A DNA stretch of 26,121 nucleotides from a virus (taxonomy: Duplodnaviria > Caudoviricetes), in IMG/VR virus record IMGVR_UViG_3300021082_000470, positions 1 through 26,121 of that record; one strand, given 5' to 3'. Shown one piece after another: positions 1 to 8,906 of the stretch. Under the pieces are notes generated by a model. It was given only the letters and a program-made list of their open reading frames with translations. It searched no databases and was not told the DNA's origin. Within the stretch, counting starts at the first letter, position 1, and each line of letters opens with the position of its first letter. Position numbers and translations under genes: made by a program.

Positions 1-2384
1 CCGATGATGTCCGTCGTCGTGTCCCCGCTCGGGCTGTAAACGTAGGCGGTGAACGTGATCTTGTTCAGGCTGTCGCTGTCCGCCGCGACGCTCGTGACGA
101 AGGTCTTCTGTGTCAGAGTGATCACAGTCGTGTCAGCACCGACAGCATCGCCGAGTACTTTGGCGGCACGCTTGGTCTGGGTGATGACACCGGTTGCATT
201 GGCGACGTTGCTGACGTAGTCTATTGACGTGAGGGCAAACAATACGTCTTCGTTAGGGGCAGTGCAGTACTCGAGAGCCGCACTGACTGTGGTAGCCTTG
301 ATGTTTGAGCCATCAACACGCCAGTTGGTCATCACCGTAGTTGGATGCTTATTTACATCGTCAACCCGCCACTGGAATGTTGGGGCGTTGTTGATTCGAT
401 TGAACCAAACTATATCTCCGTTGACCCCGTAGTGTCCGGCTCCACCGCTGGCTATCGCATTGAGAAGGGTGCCAGCACCTGGATCGACTACGTGTTCTCC
501 GTTGGGCAGAGGTGTCCAGGTGTCAACGGTTGGATTAACACCACACATTGTTGCCGTGAGAGTTGCTTTGGCCTTGTTGATTGCCCGTTGGCAGCTGACA
601 ATGTGCCAGTAAGGCTGGGTTTCAGGAGAGTCGGTGAAGTCTGCGTTGCGGATGGCTGTTCCCTTGGCGCCACTGATTGCGTCTGCCCAGCGGCTTTGGA
701 CGTCGTGTACTGTGATGCTTGCTCCGTCCGCCGTATCTGGGTCGAGGCTTTGTGTTACAGTAGCCGTAGCAGCTAGAGACGTGAATCCACTGGTGAGAGT
801 AAACTCAACAGCAACTACACCAGTGCCAGTTTCGCCTTTCTTCACAAGATATACAGGAAGAAGACTTCCACCACTGGTGGTGACCCCACTACAGCGGCCA
901 TAGTAGAACTCGTCTTGGACTGCCCCTACTGCACCGTCTAAGGAATCGTGGTGGTCCACGAAGCGAATCCAACAGTCTCCAAGGGTCACCATTGCATTGG
1001 CAACCCAGCGACGAATACGGCCTGGATGGAAGCCATCTGCACTAGGGGAGACAGGGTCTCCTGGAGAGGGGCTTCCGCTCGTGTGGTGCACTTGCACCAT
1101 GTTAGGCAACCGAGGATATGTCGGATAGGAATGCCGGGCTAGGTCCGGTGGGGCAAAGGTCTCATACTCGGGTGAGGTCATCCCACTATCGAACCAAGAT
1201 ATTGTGGCTCCGTTTTGGCCTACCGGGCGAGCTTCGAATATCAAGTCAACCCCAGCCACGAATTCCGTAACTGTGCCGCCGGTTTGGTTGATGGCACCGT
1301 CTCCATAGTTACGCCACAGTACAGCCCGGACCTTGCCACCGGTGACGATGTTGTCATGTAGGCCGGCATGGATTCGGTGTTGGGGAGCTACCGTATTGCG
1401 GCTAACGTAGCGACTCTTGCGGTTGTCTCGCCGGGTGTTTAGAGCGGTGTTGTTGCTGACAGTGTTGTTCTCGTCTAGGATCCAAGGCAGGTCGTCCCAC
1501 AGCGGCTTCATACCGCTAGACCCTGAGATCCCTGTCGCTATTTCTTTGACGTCCCCTGCTCCGTCGTAAGCCCAGTTGTTAGCTAACTCTGTATCACGCT
1601 CTTGGCCATAGCTCTTGCGGTGATAGTGAAAATAGATACGGAGGTTAGCCGCAGCTGTGTGTCCTGTAAGATTAGCCGGCTGTCCGTTGTACTGAAGTGT
1701 GTCGTCGTTTTCGGGAATTGTCTGGGGACCACCCAATTGGACAATTGTGTAGGTGTTGCTAAGAGGGTCGTGGTCAATAGCACAGTCGAGCTGGTTCAAA
1801 ACAGCACAGAGGGCTCGATAGGCACTTAGTCCTACAAGATAGACGTTCTGCGGCACACCGTCGATGGGTAGGCCGTTAGGAAGACCTGGATATGTCCCAA
1901 GTGTTCCACAGGCATCCCACAATTCTTCCAAAAGACTATCCCAAGTTCCCCCAGAGGTCCCAGTTAGGTAGTCTGAAGTGTTGGCATAGCTCCTGAAGTT
2001 AGTGATTGAGGAGCCAGAGTCAACTCCACGTCTGGCAGCAAGAAATCGGCCATCTGCAAAGTCACAGAGGTACAGGGCACTGGGGTCGTCTTCACTTCCG
2101 AGGAGAAGCCTCTCGGCGTGTACTAAGTACATCCCTTCGAAGGTGAGGGTGACCTGTGCTGCGTTAGTGGGTTGGCTTGTCTGAGTCCAAACGATTGAGT
2201 GGGCCTGGCTGCTGGAGCCTGCCAAGACATCTACGGATTTCTTCGTCAGCAAAAACCAGCCGCGAGTAGGGGCTGGACCTAGAGGGCAGAAGATACTGTT
2301 GGCCTTCTGCCAGGCTCTGGAGCGACTAGGAACAGCCAGACAGACAGGCTGACCGCTGATGGTGATACTCGTGGCGATCTGCAC
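1..2384 (-). CDS. Large tail-tip/hub-like protein with fibre-like C-terminal repeats (3'-truncated by window edge; absent from ORF track)
   Basis: Manual translation from GTG at 2384 (MQIATSITISGQPVCLAVPSRSRAWQKANSIFCPLGPAPTRGWFLL...) gives 794 codons with no stop to the window edge. Starts 6 nt after the upstream stop. Thr/Val/Gly-rich C-terminus. ORF is solid; function is inferred from position and composition. Confidence 0.75.
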   Translation of the reverse strand, partial: MQIATSITISGQPVCLAVPSRSRAWQKANSIFCPLGPAPTRGWFLLTKKSVDVLAGSSSQAHSIVWTQTSQPTNAAQVTLTFEGMYLVHAERLLLGSEDDPSALYLCDFADGRFLAARRGVDSGSSITNFRSYANTSDYLTGTSGGTWDSLLEELWDACGTLGTYPGLPNGLPIDGVPQNVYLVGLSAYRALCAVLNQLDCAIDHDPLSNTYTIVQLGGPQTIPENDDTLQYNGQPANLTGHTAAANLRIYFHYHRKSYGQERDTELANNWAYDGAGDVKEIATGISGSSGMKPLWDDLPWILDENNTVSNNTALNTRRDNRKSRYVSRNTVAPQHRIHAGLHDNIVTGGKVRAVLWRNYGDGAINQTGGTVTEFVAGVDLIFEARPVGQNGATISWFDSGMTSPEYETFAPPDLARHSYPTYPRLPNMVQVHHTSGSPSPGDPVSPSADGFHPGRIRRWVANAMVTLGDCWIRFVDHHDSLDGAVGAVQDEFYYGRCSGVTTSGGSLLPVYLVKKGETGTGVVAVEFTLTSGFTSLAATATVTQSLDPDTADGASITVHDVQSRWADAISGAKGTAIRNADFTDSPETQPYWHIVSCQRAINKAKATLTATMCGVNPTVDTWTPLPNGEHVVDPGAGTLLNAIASGGAGHYGVNGDIVWFNRINNAPTFQWRVDDVNKHPTTVMTNWRVDGSNIKATTVSAALEYCTAPNEDVLFALTSIDYVSNVANATGVITQTKRAAKVLGDAVGADTTVITLTQKTFVTSVAADSDSLNKITFTAYVYSPSGDTTTDII

Positions 2385-2390
2385 CTAAGA

Positions 2391-2744
2391 CTACCTTCCG
2401 CCGTTGAGGCGTTCAATTCGGTTGATTGCACCAGCATCAGCGGCGATAATCGGCGGCTTTTTGAGATTGGCTGCTGCGAGGTTGCGGGCATGTTCTTTGA
2501 CAATCAGAACAGCTGCCTCGAGGATGTCAATGCCGACAATTGGGTTTTGTGTCACAATCTCGGTCATCTCGACCATGACCTGGTTGGACTGGGGTTTAAT
2601 CCAGGCCTTGACCATTAAGGCTGGCGGAGCTGCATGCGAGGAGACGGGTTCAGAGCCTGGAGTTTGGAATTCGGACACTTTCTTTCCTTTCAGCTTGCGG
2701 AGGATGGACTCTTGGGCACGACGTTGCTTGCGGTTGGGAATCAT
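2391..2744 (-). CDS. Hypothetical phage protein (117 aa, basic N-terminus MIPNRKQRRA)
   Basis: ATG at 2744 overlaps the upstream TGA (ATGA), so this start is preferred over 2765. Confidence 0.7.
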   Translation of the reverse strand: MIPNRKQRRAQESILRKLKGKKVSEFQTPGSEPVSSHAAPPALMVKAWIKPQSNQVMVEMTEIVTQNPIVGIDILEAAVLIVKEHARNLAAANLKKPPIIAADAGAINRIERLNGGR

Positions 2745-3058
2745 TTGTGGGTCTGCATTTCCCAAAGGTGCCGGACGAATGGGTTTTGGCCTTGGTTAGG
2801 AAGCTCTTCGTAATCAATGTGGGGTGGGATGAATTCCTTTCGAGCCTGTTCCAGCTCTTCATCGGTACATCTACGAATAGCCCCTACCTGCCCCCATATC
2901 CCTACGGAGCAAGAGACGTGCAGAAGAACTCCTTCGTCAGTAACTGGTTCTTTGTTGACCAGCACCCGAATCTCTTCTGTCTGAGACGTGCCTATGAATT
3001 TAGCATACTGGATGCCGTAGGTACAGACACCAATCTTTCGCCAAGCTAGGGGTCTCAT
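2741..3058 (-). CDS. Conserved-looking hypothetical phage protein (HVSxS...R-x-T-x-EE...HLW type)
   Basis: 105 aa; LHVSCS, RRCTDEEL and NPFVRHLWE resemble a common small phage family from memory; ATGA overlaps at both ends. Confidence 0.7.
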   Translation of the reverse strand: MRPLAWRKIGVCTYGIQYAKFIGTSQTEEIRVLVNKEPVTDEGVLLHVSCSVGIWGQVGAIRRCTDEELEQARKEFIPPHIDYEELPNQGQNPFVRHLWEMQTHK

Positions 3059-4224
3059 TCGCCGGGATTCCGCTTGAATTCAGGACTGGGTTCGAACGTT
3101 GGGGGCTGGACGTGTTCGGAAGTTAGGGGTGCAGTAGCCGACAGGAACTGGTAGAAGCTGCCACCCTTCTCCTTCGCCATCGTCTTAGCCCGTTCCAACC
3201 ATTGTATTGCTTCCTGGACACCCTTCCGCGCAGCCTGTTCAACCGTAACCCCGTGCCAGCTACAGCGACACTGGTAATCCCACGGTGGGCGGAGCTTCTT
3301 GAAGGTTGGGTCGTCAGCTCGATAGATGTTCGTGCTGTTAAGGCCCAGCTTCTCCAAGGCCATATGCTCCTTGCGTACCCGAGCGTCTGCCGTTGCGTGG
3401 TAAGCGACATAGGGGAAGTGGTCACTGACTAGCGGATTGGCCATTGCAGCAGCTTGCCCATCGCTTAGGGCAGCAGCAGTGTTAGTCCGGAAGACGTTCT
3501 CGAGGTGAGGTTCGCTGAAGGTGTGTTCCTCGAGCTTGGTAATCACCGTATCGATGAACTCGTCTTTGTTGGTTCCTTTCTGTAGAGCTTCGGCAAGTAA
3601 GTCCCGGACGACTTGGGCTCCCTTCTCAGTGACCTCTTTATGGGTAATGGCAAAGGAGCCGGTATGTACTTTCTCCGCTGTGTCTTTGTAGTTGATACCA
3701 ACAGCAGCTGGCTTCGACCGGAGAGTCTTGACGACATTGTCGAGTACGGGTAGGTGGACAGTTTCGGCTTCCACAATCTCCGGTCCCGATAGGGCGGGGA
3801 GAAGTTCCTCAACCGGCGGGATGGAGGTATCAACTAGGGCCGCAGAGTCTGGCTCGGGGGTCTCAGCAACCGTGTCGGCGATGCCTTGGAGAAAGCTCGT
3901 GTAAGTAGCCCGAGTTAGGTCCGCTTGGATAAGGGGGCGGAGAGCTAGGATCTCCTTCTCCATCAACCCGGCTAGGGTGCCATGGGTGACAGTTTCGGCG
4001 CTGGTCTTAAGAGCACGCAGCTTCTCAAGGGTTGCTTTGAGCTTAGAGCTGGTTCCCTTGAGGATGAACTCCCTTAGCCGCTTGACATCGTCGTGCTCTT
4101 CGAAGGAGACAGCCTCTCCGAACTGCAAGGTGTCCTCGTCCTGATCTTCATCGGCGTGCATGAAGACAGTGGCTTCGGGATCTTCTTCGATGAACCGTCT
4201 GCTACGGTCACTCAGTGAAAGCAT
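3055..4224 (-). CDS. MuF / SPP1 gp7-like head morphogenesis (minor head) protein
   Basis: Phage_Mu_F-type motifs NVFRTN, YHATADARVRKEH, PPWDYQCRC; directly follows the portal. Likely start is ATG 4224 (MLSLSDRS). Confidence 0.9.
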   Translation of the reverse strand: MLSLSDRSRRFIEEDPEATVFMHADEDQDEDTLQFGEAVSFEEHDDVKRLREFILKGTSSKLKATLEKLRALKTSAETVTHGTLAGLMEKEILALRPLIQADLTRATYTSFLQGIADTVAETPEPDSAALVDTSIPPVEELLPALSGPEIVEAETVHLPVLDNVVKTLRSKPAAVGINYKDTAEKVHTGSFAITHKEVTEKGAQVVRDLLAEALQKGTNKDEFIDTVITKLEEHTFSEPHLENVFRTNTAAALSDGQAAAMANPLVSDHFPYVAYHATADARVRKEHMALEKLGLNSTNIYRADDPTFKKLRPPWDYQCRCSWHGVTVEQAARKGVQEAIQWLERAKTMAKEKGGSFYQFLSATAPLTSEHVQPPTFEPSPEFKRNPGE

Positions 4225-7200
4225 GGGCTTTGATCTCTCCGGTTGGCTCGCTTGTGATTTCCTCGAGGTCAACAACCATGTGGACCTGCTTGTGACCGAT
4301 CTGCACTTGTTTGGCTACGCCGACTACCTTGTACTTGACGCCCTTACGAGCAATGACTTCTCTCTCATCGCTGTGGCCGTCGATTCCTTCAATGGCAACA
4401 CCGGTCTTGATAGCCATTCGATAGAGGACGGGGGTGTCACCGTGAGCGAAGCCTTCAGCCGCTTTCTTGTTGGAACGAGAGGTACAGCTGCTGCACTTGA
4501 ACTGGACAGTAGAGCCAAGAGTCTCTAGGGCAGCCCACTCTTCTGTTCCGGGAGTTATGTGAGAGACACCGCGATATACTATGCCTTCGTAGGATGGGGC
4601 TTTGGCCAGTTCCTTGTGCAGATTATTCATAGCTGTTGGATCACCCTTAGCTGCACCCCTCTTTACTACCCCTAGCTCGGCCATACGAATGTCTTTGGCT
4701 GAGCCTTTCCACTTATGGAAGGGGCTGCTAATGTAGTTGTTGGAGGCAACGAAGTTCGCATGCTTCTCGGGGTCGTGCTGATGCCCGGTATTGATCAGAG
4801 ACTCCATCGTTGAGTTACTTTTGATCGCCACACGGTGGAAGTGGGGGGCACTGTATCCAGGGCTGGGCTTGAACTTGGAGACGTGAGGAGTGTTATCCGT
4901 TGGCAGGTTCTGAATCTTCTCGTTCAGCTCCTTGCTGATCATTTTCTTGGCAGCTTGCTGACCTGCTAGAGCCTTTTCGATGTCGCTGATCGGGAAGTTC
5001 CACAGCTCTTTGACGGAGGCGATCCCTAGAGCCTTGAACTTTTTCAAGAAGTGGACGTTGGTGTTGATCTCGGAGATTGCCTTGTCTGGGAAGGCTGCCT
5101 TGATAACGTTCAAGTCAACGCTGTTCTTGGGGACCAGTATCTTGGTGTTGTCTTCACCGTGGTTGAGGTAGGCAATCTTCTTGATCTGCATCGGGTTGAG
5201 CTTGCCACTCAGCATTCCCGCCAGCTTGTTAATCCGGTCTTGAACTGTTTTCCCGAGGAAGGACTTGATTCCGGTTGAAGAGACGGGCTCGAGGCTGGGG
5301 ACTGGTGCCGTTTTAGGTGCGAGCTCTGACCCGTTGGGGCCGTACATTTTCTCAAGCTTGTCCAGGCGGGCATGGAACACCGGGTCGTCGCTAACTGCCT
5401 TGAGCTTGGTCTTGTGTTTGAGGATCTCTTTGGCCTGTTCAGCCACGTCAGCGTCGGTTATGTCCTTGAAGATGACACCAGCTTGTCCCTGATTCCGCAT
5501 GCTTTGCAGTTCGGTCAGGTTCTCGTTCCACAGGCTGCCCTTTGGCATGCCTTTGGCCCGGTACGCTGTAGCTCCACCGTTGTCGATTCGCCAAGGTGTT
5601 CCGTTCTTATCAACGAGAATGTTGTCTTGGTTTTGGCCAATGACGTCCCAGTTGGCGAGCAAGGCATCGGCTACAAAGTTCTTGCCGAGCTTGGCGATGA
5701 CAGACTTCTTCTCATCCCCGCTTAGGGAACCTAGCTGCTTGCCTTCGACGTGCGGGCTGAGGAGGAAGGTCTGGTCACCTTCTTTGTGGATTGCAGAAGC
5801 GGGTGCCAACACACCCATGACGCTGTACAGCTTGTTGGTCACCGCTTCGTTGAGAATTTGCCCGAGGTTAGCTCCGGACTTCTTAACAGCCTTAGACCCC
5901 TTGCCTGTTGTAACTAGCGTGGCATTGGAAGAACCCCCTAGAGTCTCGACGTGAGTGAGAGGCAAGTAGGGGTGGGGTTGATCCTTGCCTTCTTTGGTTT
6001 TCTCAACCAGTTCGTCAAACTCTTTCTCTGTCAGGTTCTTCATGACAGAGGCGGGGATGTATTCCCCACCTTTGTAGAAGACCCCACCGATGGTAACACC
6101 ACCGGGAGGAGCATGCTGGTGGTTCTTGACTTCATCTAGTTGAAGAGGTTGGCAAAAGGGGGCGTAAGACGCCACCTCCTCTGCATGCTGGGAACCAAGG
6201 ATCTCGAGATGGTCAAGGTCGAAGTTGGGATGCCGATTCTTCCCGCCGATTACCATCTTGACAGTCGCAACCTTGGAACCGCCAGTTGTTGGCCTTGGAT
6301 AGATATGGCTGATGATTCCTTCAGAGCCGTGCAGGCGTGCTGCGGTTGGCTTTACACGGACCTTGTGCCCGATCCGGTGCGGTGGATCTTTTTCATCAAA
6401 CTGAGCTTGTCCCGTCAGCCTGATGGGATAATGTTCTCGCAGCTTGTTGCTGAAGATCATCCGGTCGAAGACAGCAACCTTGCCCTCAAGGTCGTTGAGC
6501 CGCTGGGCATAGTAAGCCCCCCAGCCGGGCTTGACGTAGGCAACAGTGATGTGGGGATGGTACTCAGGGTGAGTCTTGGTATGTGGCTGCTTACAAAGCT
6601 CTTCGTGCAGAGCGTGAAGCCCCTTGCTGATGACGTCGATCTTAAGAACGTCTGGCTTGCCTTCTTCGCCGTGGAAGCAGGTGCACGGTCCAAGCTGGAT
6701 GGCGATTGGGGCTAGAGCTGTGACTTGTGGCTCGAGGCTGTCAGCCGAGTCAGTGTGCAGACCGAAGAGGACGGTGACGTGTGGCTGGTTCTCTCGCTCT
6801 ACAAGGTGCTCGGCGTCGATTCGATGGCTTAACTGCCACACATTCCAACCTAGTTCGGAGGGGAGGTTGAAGAGGCAACATGAGAACTGGTGCTTCTCTG
6901 GCTCGGGTGCCGGCTCCTCACTGTGCTGGGATGCCGCAGGCTTCTCCTTGGTCTTCCCGAGGATCTTGTAGTGTGTATTGTTGACAAAGCCAGTGTAGTC
7001 TGCTGTGTTGTGAAAGGCGGCAAGGTGCTTGGCTGGGATTGTGAACTTGTTTCCTCCAAGCACCTTGCCCTTGTACTGACGGACTGCTTTGTGAAAGTGT
7101 TTCAGACCTTCGTGGGCGAGAGTGCCTGGCTCAGCAGTGAACATTCCGTTATAGGACTCACCAAACTGCTCGGAGTGTTGTGAGCTGTGAAGCCCATTGC

Positions 7201-8626
7201 TGTGCAAATAGGCTTCTATCTCATGCTTTGAACTTCCGCTGCTGACGTACTCTCCCTTGTGATAGTGGTTCCAATCACCACGAGTTGAAGTCCCTATTTC
7301 GTGATCTCCTTTCTTGTAGCGGTGTTTGTCAACTTTGGTGAATCCGTGCTTGCCCAGGATCTTACTAACGCTGGGTACATCCTCTGCAAACTGCTGTTGC
7401 TGTCCCTGAACCTGCAACGGCTGCTGACCTTGAACTTGTCCTTGAGCGGGGGAGCCAATTGCAGAGCCGGCCATTGCGCTGCCGCTGGTGTCCTGCGAGA
7501 AGGACTCGACGAGGGAACGGGGTTGGATCTCAAACTCAACGTCTCCACCCCAATTGAGCCAGGCACAGGGACGCAGGACTTGCTCACAGACACATTGGAC
7601 AATCTCCGCCAGCTCTTGGGTGCAAACGGAGAGAACGACGAGGAAGGGGATGCTGCGGCCACTGTATCCGCTACCTGTATCCGAGGCTTTGGCGACCTCG
7701 ATCGGGACGTCTGCCCCGTACATGATATTCTCGTCGCAGTGCTGAACCCAATCAAAGATTTGGGAACCGCCCGATACATCCTGGGGAGGGGTGTAATCGG
7801 TAAGAGGCTTGCCGTTGGAATCGAGGAGGCGAGGCAGGGTGAGGGCACCGCCGCTTAGCCGGTTCTCCCCGATCTCCCGCAGCATGTCTCGCCATGGAAG
7901 CTGGGTTCCGTCGGGAAGGGTGACCAGCATGTTGGGCGGATACCAGAAGATGTCGCCGATGTAGGCATCTTTGGTCATCCGGAGTTGGAGAAGTCGCTTG
8001 GCGCCATGGTCCATCCACTTCTCGTACCAAGCCGGATAGGAGCGGCGGAGACAGCCTGTGCCATAGGGGCTGCCGAACTCAGCGTTGAAGGTCAGCCACA
8101 ACGCCTGTGGGAAGTACATCTGCTGGCCTTTGATTCGCTCCCCAACTTGCCGACCACCTGCCTCGAGGGCACGAGCGTCTTCCGGGGCGAACTCCTTGCA
8201 GCCGTTGATGACGAGGAGGCCAGTTCGGTCTTGCTTATACAAGACTTGGAGAGGGTTGAATCCCCACCGCTTGGCATTGGTGAGCTTGGTCCGGTGGTAA
8301 TCCCACAGGAACTTCCACTGCTCCTCGACCCACTTCTTGACGATTGGGTTCTTGGCCGTGACGATCACCTCCGCCGGCATCAGAGCGGCGTTGCGGACGT
8401 TGAGGCTGAAGTTGACGATCGGGTCAGAAGTCAGCATCATCCGGCCGGTCCAGAGCCGCCACTGTGGAAGCTGGGTAACGAACAGCTCCCCATAGTATGT
8501 GAACCGGGTGCTGTGATAGTCCCGTGTGGGATCGGTTCCGATCAGCTCGGACTTGATTTGCTCCTTGCCCTTGCGTCGGCGAGTAGCTGGTCGGCCGTTG
8601 GCTGTTCCGTTATTTGTTGCCATCAT
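4208..8626 (-). CDS. Portal protein (Mu gp29/DUF935-like) fused to His-rich domains, 2H phosphoesterase, SH3-like domain, atypical kinase and ADP-ribosyltransferase
   Basis: First ~375 aa are portal-like (DPIVNFSLNVR, NAKRWGF, GSPYGTGCLRRSYPAWYEK, EQVLRPCAWLNWG) and the gene precedes MuF. Downstream catalytic motifs: HVTV/HITV; DALLANWD/RIDNGG; YRG/SCTS/ERE. Confidence 0.85.
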   Translation of the reverse strand: MMATNNGTANGRPATRRRKGKEQIKSELIGTDPTRDYHSTRFTYYGELFVTQLPQWRLWTGRMMLTSDPIVNFSLNVRNAALMPAEVIVTAKNPIVKKWVEEQWKFLWDYHRTKLTNAKRWGFNPLQVLYKQDRTGLLVINGCKEFAPEDARALEAGGRQVGERIKGQQMYFPQALWLTFNAEFGSPYGTGCLRRSYPAWYEKWMDHGAKRLLQLRMTKDAYIGDIFWYPPNMLVTLPDGTQLPWRDMLREIGENRLSGGALTLPRLLDSNGKPLTDYTPPQDVSGGSQIFDWVQHCDENIMYGADVPIEVAKASDTGSGYSGRSIPFLVVLSVCTQELAEIVQCVCEQVLRPCAWLNWGGDVEFEIQPRSLVESFSQDTSGSAMAGSAIGSPAQGQVQGQQPLQVQGQQQQFAEDVPSVSKILGKHGFTKVDKHRYKKGDHEIGTSTRGDWNHYHKGEYVSSGSSKHEIEAYLHSNGLHSSQHSEQFGESYNGMFTAEPGTLAHEGLKHFHKAVRQYKGKVLGGNKFTIPAKHLAAFHNTADYTGFVNNTHYKILGKTKEKPAASQHSEEPAPEPEKHQFSCCLFNLPSELGWNVWQLSHRIDAEHLVERENQPHVTVLFGLHTDSADSLEPQVTALAPIAIQLGPCTCFHGEEGKPDVLKIDVISKGLHALHEELCKQPHTKTHPEYHPHITVAYVKPGWGAYYAQRLNDLEGKVAVFDRMIFSNKLREHYPIRLTGQAQFDEKDPPHRIGHKVRVKPTAARLHGSEGIISHIYPRPTTGGSKVATVKMVIGGKNRHPNFDLDHLEILGSQHAEEVASYAPFCQPLQLDEVKNHQHAPPGGVTIGGVFYKGGEYIPASVMKNLTEKEFDELVEKTKEGKDQPHPYLPLTHVETLGGSSNATLVTTGKGSKAVKKSGANLGQILNEAVTNKLYSVMGVLAPASAIHKEGDQTFLLSPHVEGKQLGSLSGDEKKSVIAKLGKNFVADALLANWDVIGQNQDNILVDKNGTPWRIDNGGATAYRAKGMPKGSLWNENLTELQSMRNQGQAGVIFKDITDADVAEQAKEILKHKTKLKAVSDDPVFHARLDKLEKMYGPNGSELAPKTAPVPSLEPVSSTGIKSFLGKTVQDRINKLAGMLSGKLNPMQIKKIAYLNHGEDNTKILVPKNSVDLNVIKAAFPDKAISEINTNVHFLKKFKALGIASVKELWNFPISDIEKALAGQQAAKKMISKELNEKIQNLPTDNTPHVSKFKPSPGYSAPHFHRVAIKSNSTMESLINTGHQHDPEKHANFVASNNYISSPFHKWKGSAKDIRMAELGVVKRGAAKGDPTAMNNLHKELAKAPSYEGIVYRGVSHITPGTEEWAALETLGSTVQFKCSSCTSRSNKKAAEGFAHGDTPVLYRMAIKTGVAIEGIDGHSDEREVIARKGVKYKVVGVAKQVQIGHKQVHMVVDLEEITSEPTGEIKAHAFTE
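4235..4720 (-). other. R-S-E clade ADP-ribosyltransferase domain (VIP2/Alt-like) at the portal-fusion C-terminus
   Basis: YRG (4568-4576), SCTS (4478-4489), ERE (4358-4366) in canonical order and spacing; boundaries approximate. Confidence 0.85.
5345..5950 (-). other. Atypical (PI3/4K-, HipA-, CtkA-like) kinase domain in the portal fusion
   Basis: LGGSS loop, VKK lysine, NE glutamate, DALLANWD (5645-5668), DNIL, RIDNGG (5573-5590); boundaries approximate. Confidence 0.8.
6420..6890 (-). other. 2H phosphoesterase domain (Acb1/T4 gp57B- or LigT-like) in the portal fusion
   Basis: Two HxT motifs: PHVTVLFG (HVTV 6770-6781) and YHPHITVAY (HITV 6542-6553), 76 codons apart. Confidence 0.85.
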
Positions 8627-8906
8627 TCAGCTCTTCGATCGGTTTTACTGTGACTTGCTTTGGGTCTCCAGCTTCAATGCGGAAGTCCCAGTAAGGGTTG
8701 CCGTATGAGTCTCGCATGTTGGGGAGACAGATAACGGTTCCTTGTTTGATTTGCTCAGCTATGTTCTGAGCTACTTTTTGTGCCAAGACAGGGATGATCT
8801 CCTCACCTCCGTGTCCTTGGAAGATCATACCCGCCGGGTAGAATAGGATACCAACACCTTCAAGCGGTTTGTCACCTTCTTCAAGGATCTTCGGCATCAT
8901 GGACAT
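8610..8906 (-). CDS. Hypothetical protein (98 aa)
   Basis: ATG at 8906 overlaps the TAA of the start-less upstream frame (TAATG); 3' end overlaps the portal start. Confidence 0.7.
   Translation of the reverse strand: MSMMPKILEEGDKPLEGVGILFYPAGMIFQGHGGEEIIPVLAQKVAQNIAEQIKQGTVICLPNMRDSYGNPYWDFRIEAGDPKQVTVKPIEELNDGNK

Noticed and set aside
1-2390. Apparent coding gap suggesting stop-codon reassignment or non-coding DNA
   Set aside because: Manual translation shows one open frame in the standard code; TAG, TAA and TGA all end genes elsewhere with tight coupling.
6100-7400. Possible intein or self-splicing insert explaining the long portal
   Set aside because: No intein-like C-terminal HN-[CST] junction or homing endonuclease motif was seen, and portal sequence does not resume after the extra domains.
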